From contig CAYUKQ010000001.1 in assembly GCA_964445355.1 (NCBI GenBank), forward strand, positions 12,277 to 76,276: a stretch of 64,000 bases of DNA. The letters run 5' to 3'. The position numbers and the translations under genes were made by a program. Under the pieces are notes generated by a model. That model was not told where the DNA came from, searched no databases, and worked only from the letters and a program-made list of their open reading frames with translations. This document shows, in pieces, positions 19,646 to 28,976 of the stretch. This DNA comes from an uncultured Gammaproteobacteria bacterium (GTDB lineage Bacteria; Patescibacteriota; Microgenomatia; CAYQLK01). Position 1 is the first letter of the stretch, and every line of letters starts with the position of its first letter.

Positions 19646-19789
19646 GTGAACAAGACTAATAATAACGCTAAAGAATTCGACGAAGTCGTTTCTGAGGTTA
19701 AACTGTCCCAAGAAGAGATTAGTGATGCTACCAGTAGTGCATCTGCACAAGGATCATGTGGTCACACAGGTTCGAATTCAGGTAGATAA
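19646..19789 (+). CDS. Candidate RiPP precursor peptide 2 (47 aa, not in ORF track)
   Basis: Strong SD AAGGAGGTG, GTG start; MNKTNNNAKEFDEVVSEVKLSQEEISDATSSASAQGSCGHTGSNSGR; acidic leader and Ser/Thr/Cys/Gly-rich core. Confidence 0.75.
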   Translation: MNKTNNNAKEFDEVVSEVKLSQEEISDATSSASAQGSCGHTGSNSGR

Positions 19790-19858
19790 AACTCCTTCTC
19801 TCATAGCTAGCTGAGTAATCAAGTGTGAGCTCACACAAATAAAAACAGGATAGTATTT

Positions 19859-21151
19859 ATGTCAAAACAAAGCTTGATCGAAAGCAACTTAGAGTTGCTA
19901 TATCAAAAATGCGTTTCTGCCCACGAAAAAACAAAATTTATATCAACCGTTCATCGGAGCTTTTTCTACAACGATGAACCCAAGCTGTATACGTTCATTT
20001 TGAACAGTAAAAACTCGTCCAAAAAATTCCGTACCAACGCCAGCGGCTCGGCCTGGGATGAAAAACTCGCTTTTATTAAAGGCTATATTGAAATGATAGA
20101 AAGATACGCACTGATCCCTTCAGATCAAGACCTCGATCATTTAGTTCTCTCGTCCGAGACTGGATTGCCTAAGGCAATAAAACTTAGCAAATTCATGAAA
20201 TTCTCACATAGCCAAATGATCGACAAGTTTTTTGCCCGAAAAGTCGCGACCGAGAATGACCCTTTATACTGGACTGAAGCTATTGATTTATGTGCCCGCA
20301 AAACCGTATATATTCCGGCTCAAACTGTTTTTTGTCCGTTCGGAAAAAAAGAAAAAATCATTCGCACGCCAATTTCAACGGGCGCATCAGCGGGTTTGGA
20401 CAAAAATTCAACAATAACCAGGGCAATTTTTGAAGTTCTTGAAAGAGACACGTTTATTTCATCCTATTTGGGTCGCCTTTCAGGTACGATAATTAAGATA
20501 AAAAACCCAAAAGGAGTGATCAAAGATTTACTGGACGAATTTAGCTTTTATTTACTCGAACCAACAATTATCAGATTGGACAACGATTATCATATTCCCG
20601 TCATACTGACAATTCTTACGGATCTGACTAAAAACAAGCCGGTCATTACCTTCGGACTCAAGTGTCATCCTGATCTGAACAGGGCGATTCAGGGTAGTTT
20701 GGAGGAATCATTTCATACTCGCGGATGGATGCGTGACGAATTGGCAAAATCCGATACTGTCTACATTAATTCACTAATCAAAAATATCGAACACACTTAC
20801 GAGCTCAAAGATCGCGGACTTATCTGGTCTCAACCTTTCGTTCTCAAAAACGTTGATTTTTGGCTTAATAACAAAAAAACATTTAATCTATCTCTCAAAG
20901 CAAGTTATCCAAAAATTCCATTAAATACTCTCCTTAAAAAGTTACAAGCAATCGGATTTGATATTTATCTCAAAGAACTAACTGATCCGGAGATCGCCAA
21001 ACTTGGTTTTTACGCCTGTAAGGTCATCATACCCCAAGCACAACCTCTTTACCTGGAAGAGGATTTTCAATATTTGGACACCAGCCGTATTGAAAAGATC
21101 GCAAAACATAAGATCACCAAGCTTAATACATTTTTACAACCCTTCCTATGA
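19859..21151 (+). CDS. YcaO-family cyclodehydratase (stand-alone)
   Basis: EMIERY, STGASAG, EVLERD ATP-binding motifs; C-terminal LQPFL resembling a degenerate Pro-rich tail. Confidence 0.92.
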   Translation: MSKQSLIESNLELLYQKCVSAHEKTKFISTVHRSFFYNDEPKLYTFILNSKNSSKKFRTNASGSAWDEKLAFIKGYIEMIERYALIPSDQDLDHLVLSSETGLPKAIKLSKFMKFSHSQMIDKFFARKVATENDPLYWTEAIDLCARKTVYIPAQTVFCPFGKKEKIIRTPISTGASAGLDKNSTITRAIFEVLERDTFISSYLGRLSGTIIKIKNPKGVIKDLLDEFSFYLLEPTIIRLDNDYHIPVILTILTDLTKNKPVITFGLKCHPDLNRAIQGSLEESFHTRGWMRDELAKSDTVYINSLIKNIEHTYELKDRGLIWSQPFVLKNVDFWLNNKKTFNLSLKASYPKIPLNTLLKKLQAIGFDIYLKELTDPEIAKLGFYACKVIIPQAQPLYLEEDFQYLDTSRIEKIAKHKITKLNTFLQPFL

Positions 21152-21861
21152 AAGATTATATTTCTGAGTTTTTTATCCAAACCGGGACTCAGTCCGATAA
21201 TGCACCCAAGCCTATCCCATATGATAAATGGCCGATTGCCTGGAAAACAATTCATTACAAGAACTACCCCAGATTTCCGCGTATCGGAATTACAAAATTC
21301 AAACCAGTCTCAGAGATCGAAAAAATCATTTCCAGAAGACGAAGTAATCGAAATACCAATAGGATATTATCCGCTGGCAAATTAAAGAAAATCTTGCATT
21401 TTGCAAACTATGGCGTATCAATTGATGGGCGAAGCTATCGTGCGTACCCCTCAGGGGGAGCCAGATATCCGCTGGAAATTTATCTATTTATTAATAATGT
21501 AAAAGGCCTAAAAAAGGGTCTTTATCATTATGCTTTCGAAACAAATTGCTTAGAATTACTTCAGGATAAAGACATGACAGCAGAATTAAAAGACTTGCTG
21601 GTAGATGGCTGGGTTGCCGACTCAGCTGTTTTTTTGGTCATTACCGCCGTTCCCGGCCGAAGTGCGATTAAATATGCAAACAAGTCATTAAGATATCTCT
21701 TTATTGAAGCAGGCCACTTAGGTCAAAATATATTATTGCTGGCAGAAAAATACAAAGTTAATACCTGTCCGATCGGTGGTTTTTATGAAGATAAGCTCAA
21801 TAAACTCCTTCGAATTGACAGGACCAGCGAGAAAGCAATATATTCAATTGCTATAGGTTGA
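21148..21861 (+). CDS. SagB/ThcOx-type FMN-dependent dehydrogenase
   Basis: RRRSNR, YPSGGARYPLE, EAGHLGQN, CPIGGF; ATGA overlap with YcaO. Confidence 0.92.
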   Translation: MKDYISEFFIQTGTQSDNAPKPIPYDKWPIAWKTIHYKNYPRFPRIGITKFKPVSEIEKIISRRRSNRNTNRILSAGKLKKILHFANYGVSIDGRSYRAYPSGGARYPLEIYLFINNVKGLKKGLYHYAFETNCLELLQDKDMTAELKDLLVDGWVADSAVFLVITAVPGRSAIKYANKSLRYLFIEAGHLGQNILLLAEKYKVNTCPIGGFYEDKLNKLLRIDRTSEKAIYSIAIG

Positions 21862-21863
21862 TT

Positions 21864-23609
21864 ATGAGTAATGAAAAATTAAGGCAAAATTCACCAGAAA
21901 CGAAAATGCTCGAAAAAGAACCATCAAAAGCCAGACTGACAGCAACCGATCTGAGTATTAGTGTCGGCACCAGAGACTTAATAGTTGATGGCAACTTCTC
22001 AATTGGCACATCAGAAAGACTAGCCTTGATTGGTCGTAATGGCAGCGGAAAAACTTCGCTTCTCGACTTGGTTGCCGCTGTTTCCACGGGCGATCAGCCC
22101 CCTGAATATCTCGACGTAAAGGGGGACATTTCTCTGACCCAAGCCAAGGTAGGCTATCTAAGACAAGATATTCAAGTCGCCTATGATGGTACGGTCAAGG
22201 GGTACATAGATCAGTGTGCACAAGATGTAGCTGCAGTCATCGCAAACTACGATGCTCTTACCGCTAGACTGGCTGACGGCGAGACCGGCGACGAGCTAAT
22301 GGATGAATACGGCAAGGCCTTGGATGAGATGTCGCAGCTGGACGCTTGGGACTTCCCTCGCAAAAGAGAAATGATTCTGCAAGGCCTTGGTCTGACAGCA
22401 GATTACTTGGATCGGGATATGACCGAGGTAAGCGGGGGAGAAGCGACAAAAGTATCTTTAGCGGGAATTTTGGTTGCTTCACCTAATCTAATTTTACTCG
22501 ACGAACCGACCAATAATCTCGATCCTGAGAGCGTGAAATTTTTTGAAGAATGGGTCAAAACTACACAAACTTCACTGCTGTTAGTTTCCCACGATCGGGA
22601 ATTTTTAGACGAAACTGTAACAGAAATACTTGAAATAGATGAAGATACAAAACACCTGATCAGATTCGGAGGTAACTATTCTTTTTATAAACAGAAAAAA
22701 CAAGAGATGTTTGACGCACAGATGCGGTCGTATGAAGAACAACAAAAAAAACGTAAACAACTAGAAGATTCAGCAAAGCAGCTGAAACAAGAGGCGCAAA
22801 GATTTGAAGGTATGTCCAACGATTCTTTTTATCGGGCAAAGGGGGGAGGGCTTGCAAAAAGAGCAAAATCTCAACTGGAGCGAATCGAGCGCGAGTTAAA
22901 TGACATTCCCGAGCCAGTACTCCCTAAACGGCCATCCTTTGAGGTAAAAGAACCACAAATTTCAGACGGGACAGTCATGGTGGCTCAAGATCTTTCGTAT
23001 CGTTATCCAAACAACTCCGTTGATACTTTTTCTAAGGTCAATTTTTCTATTCGTGGAGGTGAAAGGGTTGGAATTGTGGGCGCAAACGGTGCCGGTAAAA
23101 GTACACTCCTTCGAGTTTTAATCGGCAACCTTCCTTCTACAGGCGGGAAAGTAGAGCAATTCAAAGGACTCAAAGTCGGATATTTACCTCAAACAACTGA
23201 CAGGCTTAAACCTGATCAGAACATCATCGACTACATTCGCCGAAAAGCCTCTGTCTCCGTCGAAGACGCATATAAAGCGCTTTCCAGAATGCTACTTGAT
23301 GATTCGGCGCACAAATCCGTATCTGATTTTAGTTTTGGAGAGTTTCGCCGTATCGAGCTAGTAGCACTTTTTGCCTCTAATCCTGACGTATTAGTTCTTG
23401 ATGAGCCGACTAATCATTTAGATATTTATACGATCGAAACTCTTGAAGATGCGCTCACTAGATATCACGGGACGGTTATAACTGTTACACACGATGAAAG
23501 ATTCTTAAAAGATCTAAACATCGACAAAATCATTGTTGTCGGAAAAGGCGGGTTAGTCGGCATGCACAAAGTAGAAGATTCAAAAGATGTCGCTGGATAC
23601 TTTACTTAA
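21864..23609 (+). CDS. ABC-F family ATPase (possible ribosome-protection type)
   Basis: Two NBDs (GRNGSGKT, GANGAGKS, two LDEPTN), no TM segments, long charged interdomain linker. Confidence 0.9.
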   Translation: MSNEKLRQNSPETKMLEKEPSKARLTATDLSISVGTRDLIVDGNFSIGTSERLALIGRNGSGKTSLLDLVAAVSTGDQPPEYLDVKGDISLTQAKVGYLRQDIQVAYDGTVKGYIDQCAQDVAAVIANYDALTARLADGETGDELMDEYGKALDEMSQLDAWDFPRKREMILQGLGLTADYLDRDMTEVSGGEATKVSLAGILVASPNLILLDEPTNNLDPESVKFFEEWVKTTQTSLLLVSHDREFLDETVTEILEIDEDTKHLIRFGGNYSFYKQKKQEMFDAQMRSYEEQQKKRKQLEDSAKQLKQEAQRFEGMSNDSFYRAKGGGLAKRAKSQLERIERELNDIPEPVLPKRPSFEVKEPQISDGTVMVAQDLSYRYPNNSVDTFSKVNFSIRGGERVGIVGANGAGKSTLLRVLIGNLPSTGGKVEQFKGLKVGYLPQTTDRLKPDQNIIDYIRRKASVSVEDAYKALSRMLLDDSAHKSVSDFSFGEFRRIELVALFASNPDVLVLDEPTNHLDIYTIETLEDALTRYHGTVITVTHDERFLKDLNIDKIIVVGKGGLVGMHKVEDSKDVAGYFT

Positions 23610-24183
23610 AATTAACGAACAGTTTCAAAAAAGTTAATAATTTTTCGTAGTTATAATAAATTAGCATCCCGTTAGCTATTATTAACCCCGGGAAGATCAA
23701 TGTTTTCTCAAACAAGCCTCCCGTCTTTGGCCGCATTGATTTTAGAGGAGGAATGCCAAATTTAACCGGAATTGGAAAAAACAGTGGAATTCCATCCCTG
23801 GTCAGCATATCCATGATCAGGTGCGAGATAAATCCGATCATGAATCCCCACCACACAATATTCATATCAACCAGAAGCACACTGTGCAGAACTTCCAGAA
23901 CCCATCTCAGTAGATAACCGGTTAGAACAAGACCAAGTACTGAATGTGTTATCAGTCTGTGCCCCCCAAGTAATGGAGAAATAAGCTTACCCAAAAAACC
24001 GCCACCCCTTAATCTGTTCCACAGCGCCCCGGTAGATTGATCGATGTCCGGAAATAATCCGCCGATAAAATTAGCCGCAAGCATTGTTATTAGTGTGGCC
24101 AGCGACATATCGATTAAGGGAAATATTACAAAATATACGCTGAGTCCGGTAAATGCTGCAAGGTCGTGTGTTCTGCCTGTCAT
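23602..24183 (-). CDS. YdjM-like membrane metal-dependent hydrolase
   Basis: TH, FPDID, GHRLITHS, SHLIMD motifs. Confidence 0.88.
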   Translation of the reverse strand: MTGRTHDLAAFTGLSVYFVIFPLIDMSLATLITMLAANFIGGLFPDIDQSTGALWNRLRGGGFLGKLISPLLGGHRLITHSVLGLVLTGYLLRWVLEVLHSVLLVDMNIVWWGFMIGFISHLIMDMLTRDGIPLFFPIPVKFGIPPLKSMRPKTGGLFEKTLIFPGLIIANGMLIYYNYEKLLTFLKLFVNFK

Positions 24184-24270
24184 TATTTTTAATACTACTT
24201 AATTGTATATGGTCAAACACCAAAAATAGCCCTTTATTTTTTACCCATAATTTTTATATAGTTAACTCCT

Positions 24271-24804
24271 ATGGCAAATAATGATCCATTACCAGTTGAA
24301 CCTGATTTTTCAATTACCCCATCTGCTGATTCGTTAATTCAATCAAACACCATTGCTGATACTGATCATCCAGCCCAAGCCGCCCAGCCGGTTATTTCAG
24401 ATACCGACGCTCAAACATTAATCGCTGTTGAGTCTATGCTCAAAAATGTTCTTTCAAGGCTAGAATTACTAAAAAACGAACTTAAAGAAGACGCTGACAT
24501 GTTAAAAAGCGCATTTGAGTCAGACCCGGTTTATCGTGAATTTGACGAAAACGCCAAAGCCGCAGCCAAAGACAAGCTTGCCGCCAAAAAAGAGATACTC
24601 AAAAAAACAGACGTTGCCGAACTTAATTTGAAAGTACAAAGCAAACGTTCAGAAATAAAAGAACTTAAAGAAAAGATGTCTGATTATCTGACACAGTTTC
24701 AGCAACTATCAGGTCTTAATGAAATTGAATCAAATGACGGTGAACTGTTAAAAATCGTCTACTCAGCTAGACTAATCCGTCAGAATAGTAAATTCGGCAA
24801 CTAA
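24271..24804 (+). CDS. Hypothetical coiled-coil protein
   Basis: 177-aa ORF, charged helical composition. Confidence 0.7.
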   Translation: MANNDPLPVEPDFSITPSADSLIQSNTIADTDHPAQAAQPVISDTDAQTLIAVESMLKNVLSRLELLKNELKEDADMLKSAFESDPVYREFDENAKAAAKDKLAAKKEILKKTDVAELNLKVQSKRSEIKELKEKMSDYLTQFQQLSGLNEIESNDGELLKIVYSARLIRQNSKFGN

Positions 24805-24838
24805 AACTCCTATTACTTTCACAGTTTTATTTCTGCTG

Positions 24839-25189
24839 TTAAAATTGACTCCTCAGTTTCCTAATATCAGCGATCAATATCACCACAATAGTAATAAAGA
24901 CCACAAAGGATAATGGGTTATAGTTCCAGGCCTGTTCAAAATTACCATGAAGTATCGCAGAAAGACCTCTTGTCATACCACTTGAATAGGTAACCACTCC
25001 AAACACAGATTGATAAATCGACCGAACAGGCAGGTAATACAGCTTGTCGGTCGGCAAGACTGAAAGAATCACTAGAACCAAACTAAATGCAACAAACCTT
25101 CCGCCGGGTGACGCAAGGCTTGCTGACTCTCTGACTATTTGCCAGAATTTAAAATTATGATTTTGTGTTAAGTTTTTTGCCTTCGGCAT
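24839..25189 (-). CDS. DUF2752-like membrane protein
   Basis: GMTRG...LHGNF..AW.YNPL motif; the usual cysteines are absent. Confidence 0.7.
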   Translation of the reverse strand: MPKAKNLTQNHNFKFWQIVRESASLASPGGRFVAFSLVLVILSVLPTDKLYYLPVRSIYQSVFGVVTYSSGMTRGLSAILHGNFEQAWNYNPLSFVVFITIVVILIADIRKLRSQF

Positions 25190-25412
25190 CAGGTAAATTA
25201 CCTGTCACGATCAGGATGATGTCGATGATCGTCCAAACCCCGCATCCTCCCAGAGTCAAGAGTTTTAATACTCCCAGTCCAACATATCCCAGATAAAAAC
25301 GGTCAATACCGAGCCCGCCAACTAATACTGATAATAAAACAGCGACCAAAAAACTCTTGTCGCTATAAGCCTCACCTTTCGGTGCCGGCTTTGCTACTGC
25401 TTTCTTTGCCAT
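25155..25412 (-). CDS. TM2 domain protein
   Basis: GIDRFYLG, LKLLTLGGCGVW. Confidence 0.9.
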   Translation of the reverse strand: MAKKAVAKPAPKGEAYSDKSFLVAVLLSVLVGGLGIDRFYLGYVGLGVLKLLTLGGCGVWTIIDIILIVTGNLPDAEGKKLNTKS

Positions 25413-25495
25413 ATTTTTTTAATAAAACTTATAACTATCACAATTATACTCAAACAATTCGTGATTTGTGTGAAATTTGTACTAGAATAATCTTA

Positions 25496-25888
25496 ATGGG
25501 TAATCCGCGCAAAATAATTTCCAGCCATCATCCCAAGAAACACCTAAATAGTTTCAGCTATGCCTTTTTGGGACTTAAGCATGTTTTCATGCAGGAAAGA
25601 AACTTCCGTCTTCATTTGTTTATCGCTATTTGTGTCATTACATTGGGGTATTTTTACAAATTAAGCCCTGTTGAGTGGGGTGTGGTGGTTATTTCAATTG
25701 CTATTGTTCTAATATGTGAATCGATTAATACGATTATCGAAGATTTGATGGATTTTATATCTCCCGCATATTCTGAGGAGGTAAAAAATATTAAAGACCT
25801 TTCTGCCGGTTTTGTTCTTATTTCAGCGTTGTCCGCAGTCCTGGTTGGAATCGTGATCTTTGTGCCGAAAATACTCGCTTCTTTGTAA
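25496..25888 (+). CDS. dgkA: Diacylglycerol/undecaprenol kinase (DgkA family)
   Basis: ERNFRLH, ESINTIIE, IKDLSAG; start reassigned to ATG 25496. Confidence 0.9.
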   Translation: MGNPRKIISSHHPKKHLNSFSYAFLGLKHVFMQERNFRLHLFIAICVITLGYFYKLSPVEWGVVVISIAIVLICESINTIIEDLMDFISPAYSEEVKNIKDLSAGFVLISALSAVLVGIVIFVPKILASL

Positions 25889-26571
25889 TGAACAAATTTT
25901 TCAAAAAACTTTCAATAACCTTGGAAAAGAGCGATATATTCCATTATTTCTACTCATCAATTGGGTTAATTATCGCCATCGTTTTAATTTTGGTTTTCAG
26001 AAAAATTGCAGGCAACCTAACCGAGCCAAGGCTGGTTTATTTTGACGAAGGAATGTATCAGATTTTTCGCTTCGTAGCCTCACCCACAACTGATTTTATT
26101 GCCGAGATCGCTTCTTTTTTTGGATCGACAATTTTTATTACTCCGATACTTGTCGTTTCAGTTATTTTTTTAATCAAAAACCATTTTCGTCGCGGCGCCT
26201 TCATATTATTTTTTAGTACCGTTTCGGCGATCTTGATTAACAGTTTGTTAAAATCTGTCTTTGTTCGTCACAGACCTACAGACACCGACTACAATTTGCT
26301 TTGGCAAGATTACTCGTTTCCCTCAGGCCATAGTATGCACGCAATGGTTTTTTACACAATACTCGGATACTTAATTGTCAGGTTTGAAAAAAACCCTACT
26401 CTAAAAATCCTATACTCCTTCTTCTTTTTTATATTAATAATTTCTGTTTCCTTTTCGCGTGTAGCATTAGGGCTCCACTACTTCTCTGATGTTATCGCTG
26501 CTATGGCCATTGGCGGATTTTGGGCCATTTGGAATATTTACATAATCAAAATTATTTATCGTAACAAATGA
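25888..26571 (+). CDS. PAP2 family phosphatase
   Basis: K-x6-RP, SFPSGH, SR-x5-H-x3-D. Confidence 0.92.
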   Translation: MNKFFKKLSITLEKSDIFHYFYSSIGLIIAIVLILVFRKIAGNLTEPRLVYFDEGMYQIFRFVASPTTDFIAEIASFFGSTIFITPILVVSVIFLIKNHFRRGAFILFFSTVSAILINSLLKSVFVRHRPTDTDYNLLWQDYSFPSGHSMHAMVFYTILGYLIVRFEKNPTLKILYSFFFFILIISVSFSRVALGLHYFSDVIAAMAIGGFWAIWNIYIIKIIYRNK

Positions 26572-27101
26572 ATTTTTTCAATATTTTTTCCAAACCAAGC
26601 AAACCCATTTCCAGACCGGACTTCATCTATCGGCTCAGTGGAAATTCGCTGACCAAAATTAATTTATTAACAAACACGACCCAAGGAACCTACGCTGTTA
26701 GTAATTTTGTAACTCACGCCGATAATTCAAAAAAAGAAGTCGCTAACAAGAATTCACTTAATATTATCGATCGACTCTTTGGCACCAAGAAATATCAGGA
26801 ATACGCAAAGAGCGTTAAAGGCTTCTATAACGAAGAAAAAGTCTGGAAAATACTCTCAAAAAAATACTACATACTTTTTTCTCAGGCATTAGATCACCAT
26901 GGTGTTGATATTTTGTTATCAAAGGACAATCAGAATTTTTTTGGTTTTCAAATAAAATCCTCTGATTTTTATGCCGAACATTTTCGCCAATCCCACAAAT
27001 ACCAAAATGTTCACGGCATAATCGTCGTTGGCAAAGAGCTGGACTCCAATTCAATTACATTACAAGTAAAAAAAATTATCGACAATTTTTACTTTTCTTG
27101 A
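26568..27101 (+). CDS. Hypothetical protein, possible PD-(D/E)XK nuclease fold
   Basis: EEK ... GVD ... FQIKSS pattern. Confidence 0.5.
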   Translation: MNFFNIFSKPSKPISRPDFIYRLSGNSLTKINLLTNTTQGTYAVSNFVTHADNSKKEVANKNSLNIIDRLFGTKKYQEYAKSVKGFYNEEKVWKILSKKYYILFSQALDHHGVDILLSKDNQNFFGFQIKSSDFYAEHFRQSHKYQNVHGIIVVGKELDSNSITLQVKKIIDNFYFS

Positions 27102-27147
27102 TTTCTGCTGTTTTAAGTTTTATGATTATTTCAACTAGATTTTATTG

Positions 27148-27741
27148 ATGATAACTATCACTGATACCAAAAGACTCGTACTGTCGACCGTTTTTATTCT
27201 GGCAATATTCCTAGTTAGCTGTAACAAAAATTCCTCAACTCAGACCTCGAATTCACAATCAAATTCCGATACCAATGTAATTGAAGGTCTTGCATCAGCA
27301 ATTATTTCTGGAGACAGTTTCCGATGTGAATACACTAATCAGACAGCGAATTCTAAGGGGGAATATCTAGTCAAGAATAAAAAGTTCAAACTCTTAGGTC
27401 AAGAAATTGAGGGTAAAAAAAGCACAATTATTGTTAATGATTTAGGAATGTATATGTGGTCAGAGGATCAGAACCAGGGATTTTTCTATCCAGCCAGTGC
27501 TACCTCGGGTCAAAATAAAAACTCTCAGTTTGATGATTTTATTAATCCAGAGATCGTTGATCAAAAAGAAAAAGTCAGTTGTCGAAACGCTTCGATCGAT
27601 GACTCAGAGTTTGTTCCACCAGCCAGTGTTAATTTCCAAGACTTTTCAAAATTAATGGATACTTTCTCTAACCCGGCCAGTAATCCTGATATCAACCTTC
27701 CAAACATAGATTTGAACAATCTTCCTTCAATCGATCAGTAA
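27148..27741 (+). CDS. Putative lipoprotein
   Basis: Signal peptide with lipobox LVSC. Confidence 0.7.
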   Translation: MITITDTKRLVLSTVFILAIFLVSCNKNSSTQTSNSQSNSDTNVIEGLASAIISGDSFRCEYTNQTANSKGEYLVKNKKFKLLGQEIEGKKSTIIVNDLGMYMWSEDQNQGFFYPASATSGQNKNSQFDDFINPEIVDQKEKVSCRNASIDDSEFVPPASVNFQDFSKLMDTFSNPASNPDINLPNIDLNNLPSIDQ

Positions 27742-27865
27742 GATCATACCTCTTAATGTATCCATACGTATTGATTCGGGGCTTTATTTGACACTCACAA
27801 TAATATTTTTTTATATTTAAAACAGTAACCAGATATATTTATAAGTCTATTAAGTATCAGTAATT

Positions 27866-28348
27866 ATGGAAAAAAGATTATTTGTTGGTAATTTACCATT
27901 TTCAATGACTGGTGATGATCTAAGATCATTATTTTCAGAGTTTGGAGAAATTGTCTCTGCGGAAGTCGTGATCAATCGAATGTCTAACCGTTCGAAAGGG
28001 TTTGGTTTTGTTGAATTTGCAACCAATCAAGAAGCTCAAAGTGCGATTGATAAGCTGCATGAGACAGAACAAGGCGGAAGAAAGATAATCGTGGCTTTTG
28101 CTAAACCAAGACCTGAAGAGTCTCAGTCGGCCAATAATAACTCCGGTGCAAGTAATCTTCCTGCATCAGATGAAACTAATTACGAACCTGCTGCTCCGGT
28201 TGTCCCTGAAGAGGTTGTTGCTGACACTGCCGCTTCAAATGAGGAATCAGTAGTAAATGCCCAGAGTGCTATCGATTTAGACACTGACCCAGATGTCCAG
28301 CACGAAGATGCACCAGCGGACGATAACCAAACGACCCAAGAGTCTTAA
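27866..28348 (+). CDS. RRM RNA-binding protein with acidic tail
   Basis: LFVGNL (RNP2), KGFGFVEF (RNP1). Confidence 0.93.
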   Translation: MEKRLFVGNLPFSMTGDDLRSLFSEFGEIVSAEVVINRMSNRSKGFGFVEFATNQEAQSAIDKLHETEQGGRKIIVAFAKPRPEESQSANNNSGASNLPASDETNYEPAAPVVPEEVVADTAASNEESVVNAQSAIDLDTDPDVQHEDAPADDNQTTQES

Positions 28349-28356
28349 AAAATAGT

Positions 28357-28968
28357 TTGAACTCTAATATCAAACCAAATAGCCAGCTCAGAACTAAATT
28401 AACTAAACATCATGGTGTTTTGGTTTTTGGAGTTATATTGGTTATTATTTCGTTGATTTTGACAATCTTAACTATTCGTTCCCGCAGAGTCTCAGAGGCC
28501 GTAATAGATGACACCAGCCAGTCTCAGACCACTGATTCGACCACTCCACCCACCTCGCCAGTTCGAAAAATCAACACTAGTCTTAGTCCACTTCAGTCAA
28601 AAAACTACAATGACTATGGACTGACTTTTTCCATCCCGAATACTTGGTTTGAAAGTGAAAATACAGTTACTCCCAACCTTTATGTCTCATTCAAAAAAAC
28701 TGATGAAGCAGATATTGTCATTTCTACAGCCAAAAGCTATGTTGGTCATGGAGTCGAAGGTGAATTTGTCTCTAAAGAAAAAATCAGCGTTTCCGACTTG
28801 GAAGGGGATATTCAAATATGGGAAGAGCCACAAAAAGTACGCACAATAATCGTTAATAATTTGGAAAAAGGCGGGTTATTCTATACATTCGAAATATATA
28901 TTTATCAGAATTTTGAAACAAACGAAACAGATTTTCGCGACCTGGTCAAATCAATTAAATTCCACTGA
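28357..28968 (+). CDS. Hypothetical membrane-anchored protein (possible PsbP-like fold)
   Basis: TM, Thr/Ser linker, FSIPNTW, ends KSIKF. Confidence 0.65.
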   Translation: MNSNIKPNSQLRTKLTKHHGVLVFGVILVIISLILTILTIRSRRVSEAVIDDTSQSQTTDSTTPPTSPVRKINTSLSPLQSKNYNDYGLTFSIPNTWFESENTVTPNLYVSFKKTDEADIVISTAKSYVGHGVEGEFVSKEKISVSDLEGDIQIWEEPQKVRTIIVNNLEKGGLFYTFEIYIYQNFETNETDFRDLVKSIKFH

Positions 28969-28976
28969 TAAAAAAT

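Noticed and set aside
19565-19750. 61-aa minus-strand ORF inside the precursor region
   Set aside because: Antisense to the SD-supported plus-strand peptide; no initiation signals
23602-24183. YdjM-like hydrolase as part of the RiPP cluster
   Set aside because: Convergent orientation and a common stand-alone family; no evidence of functional linkage
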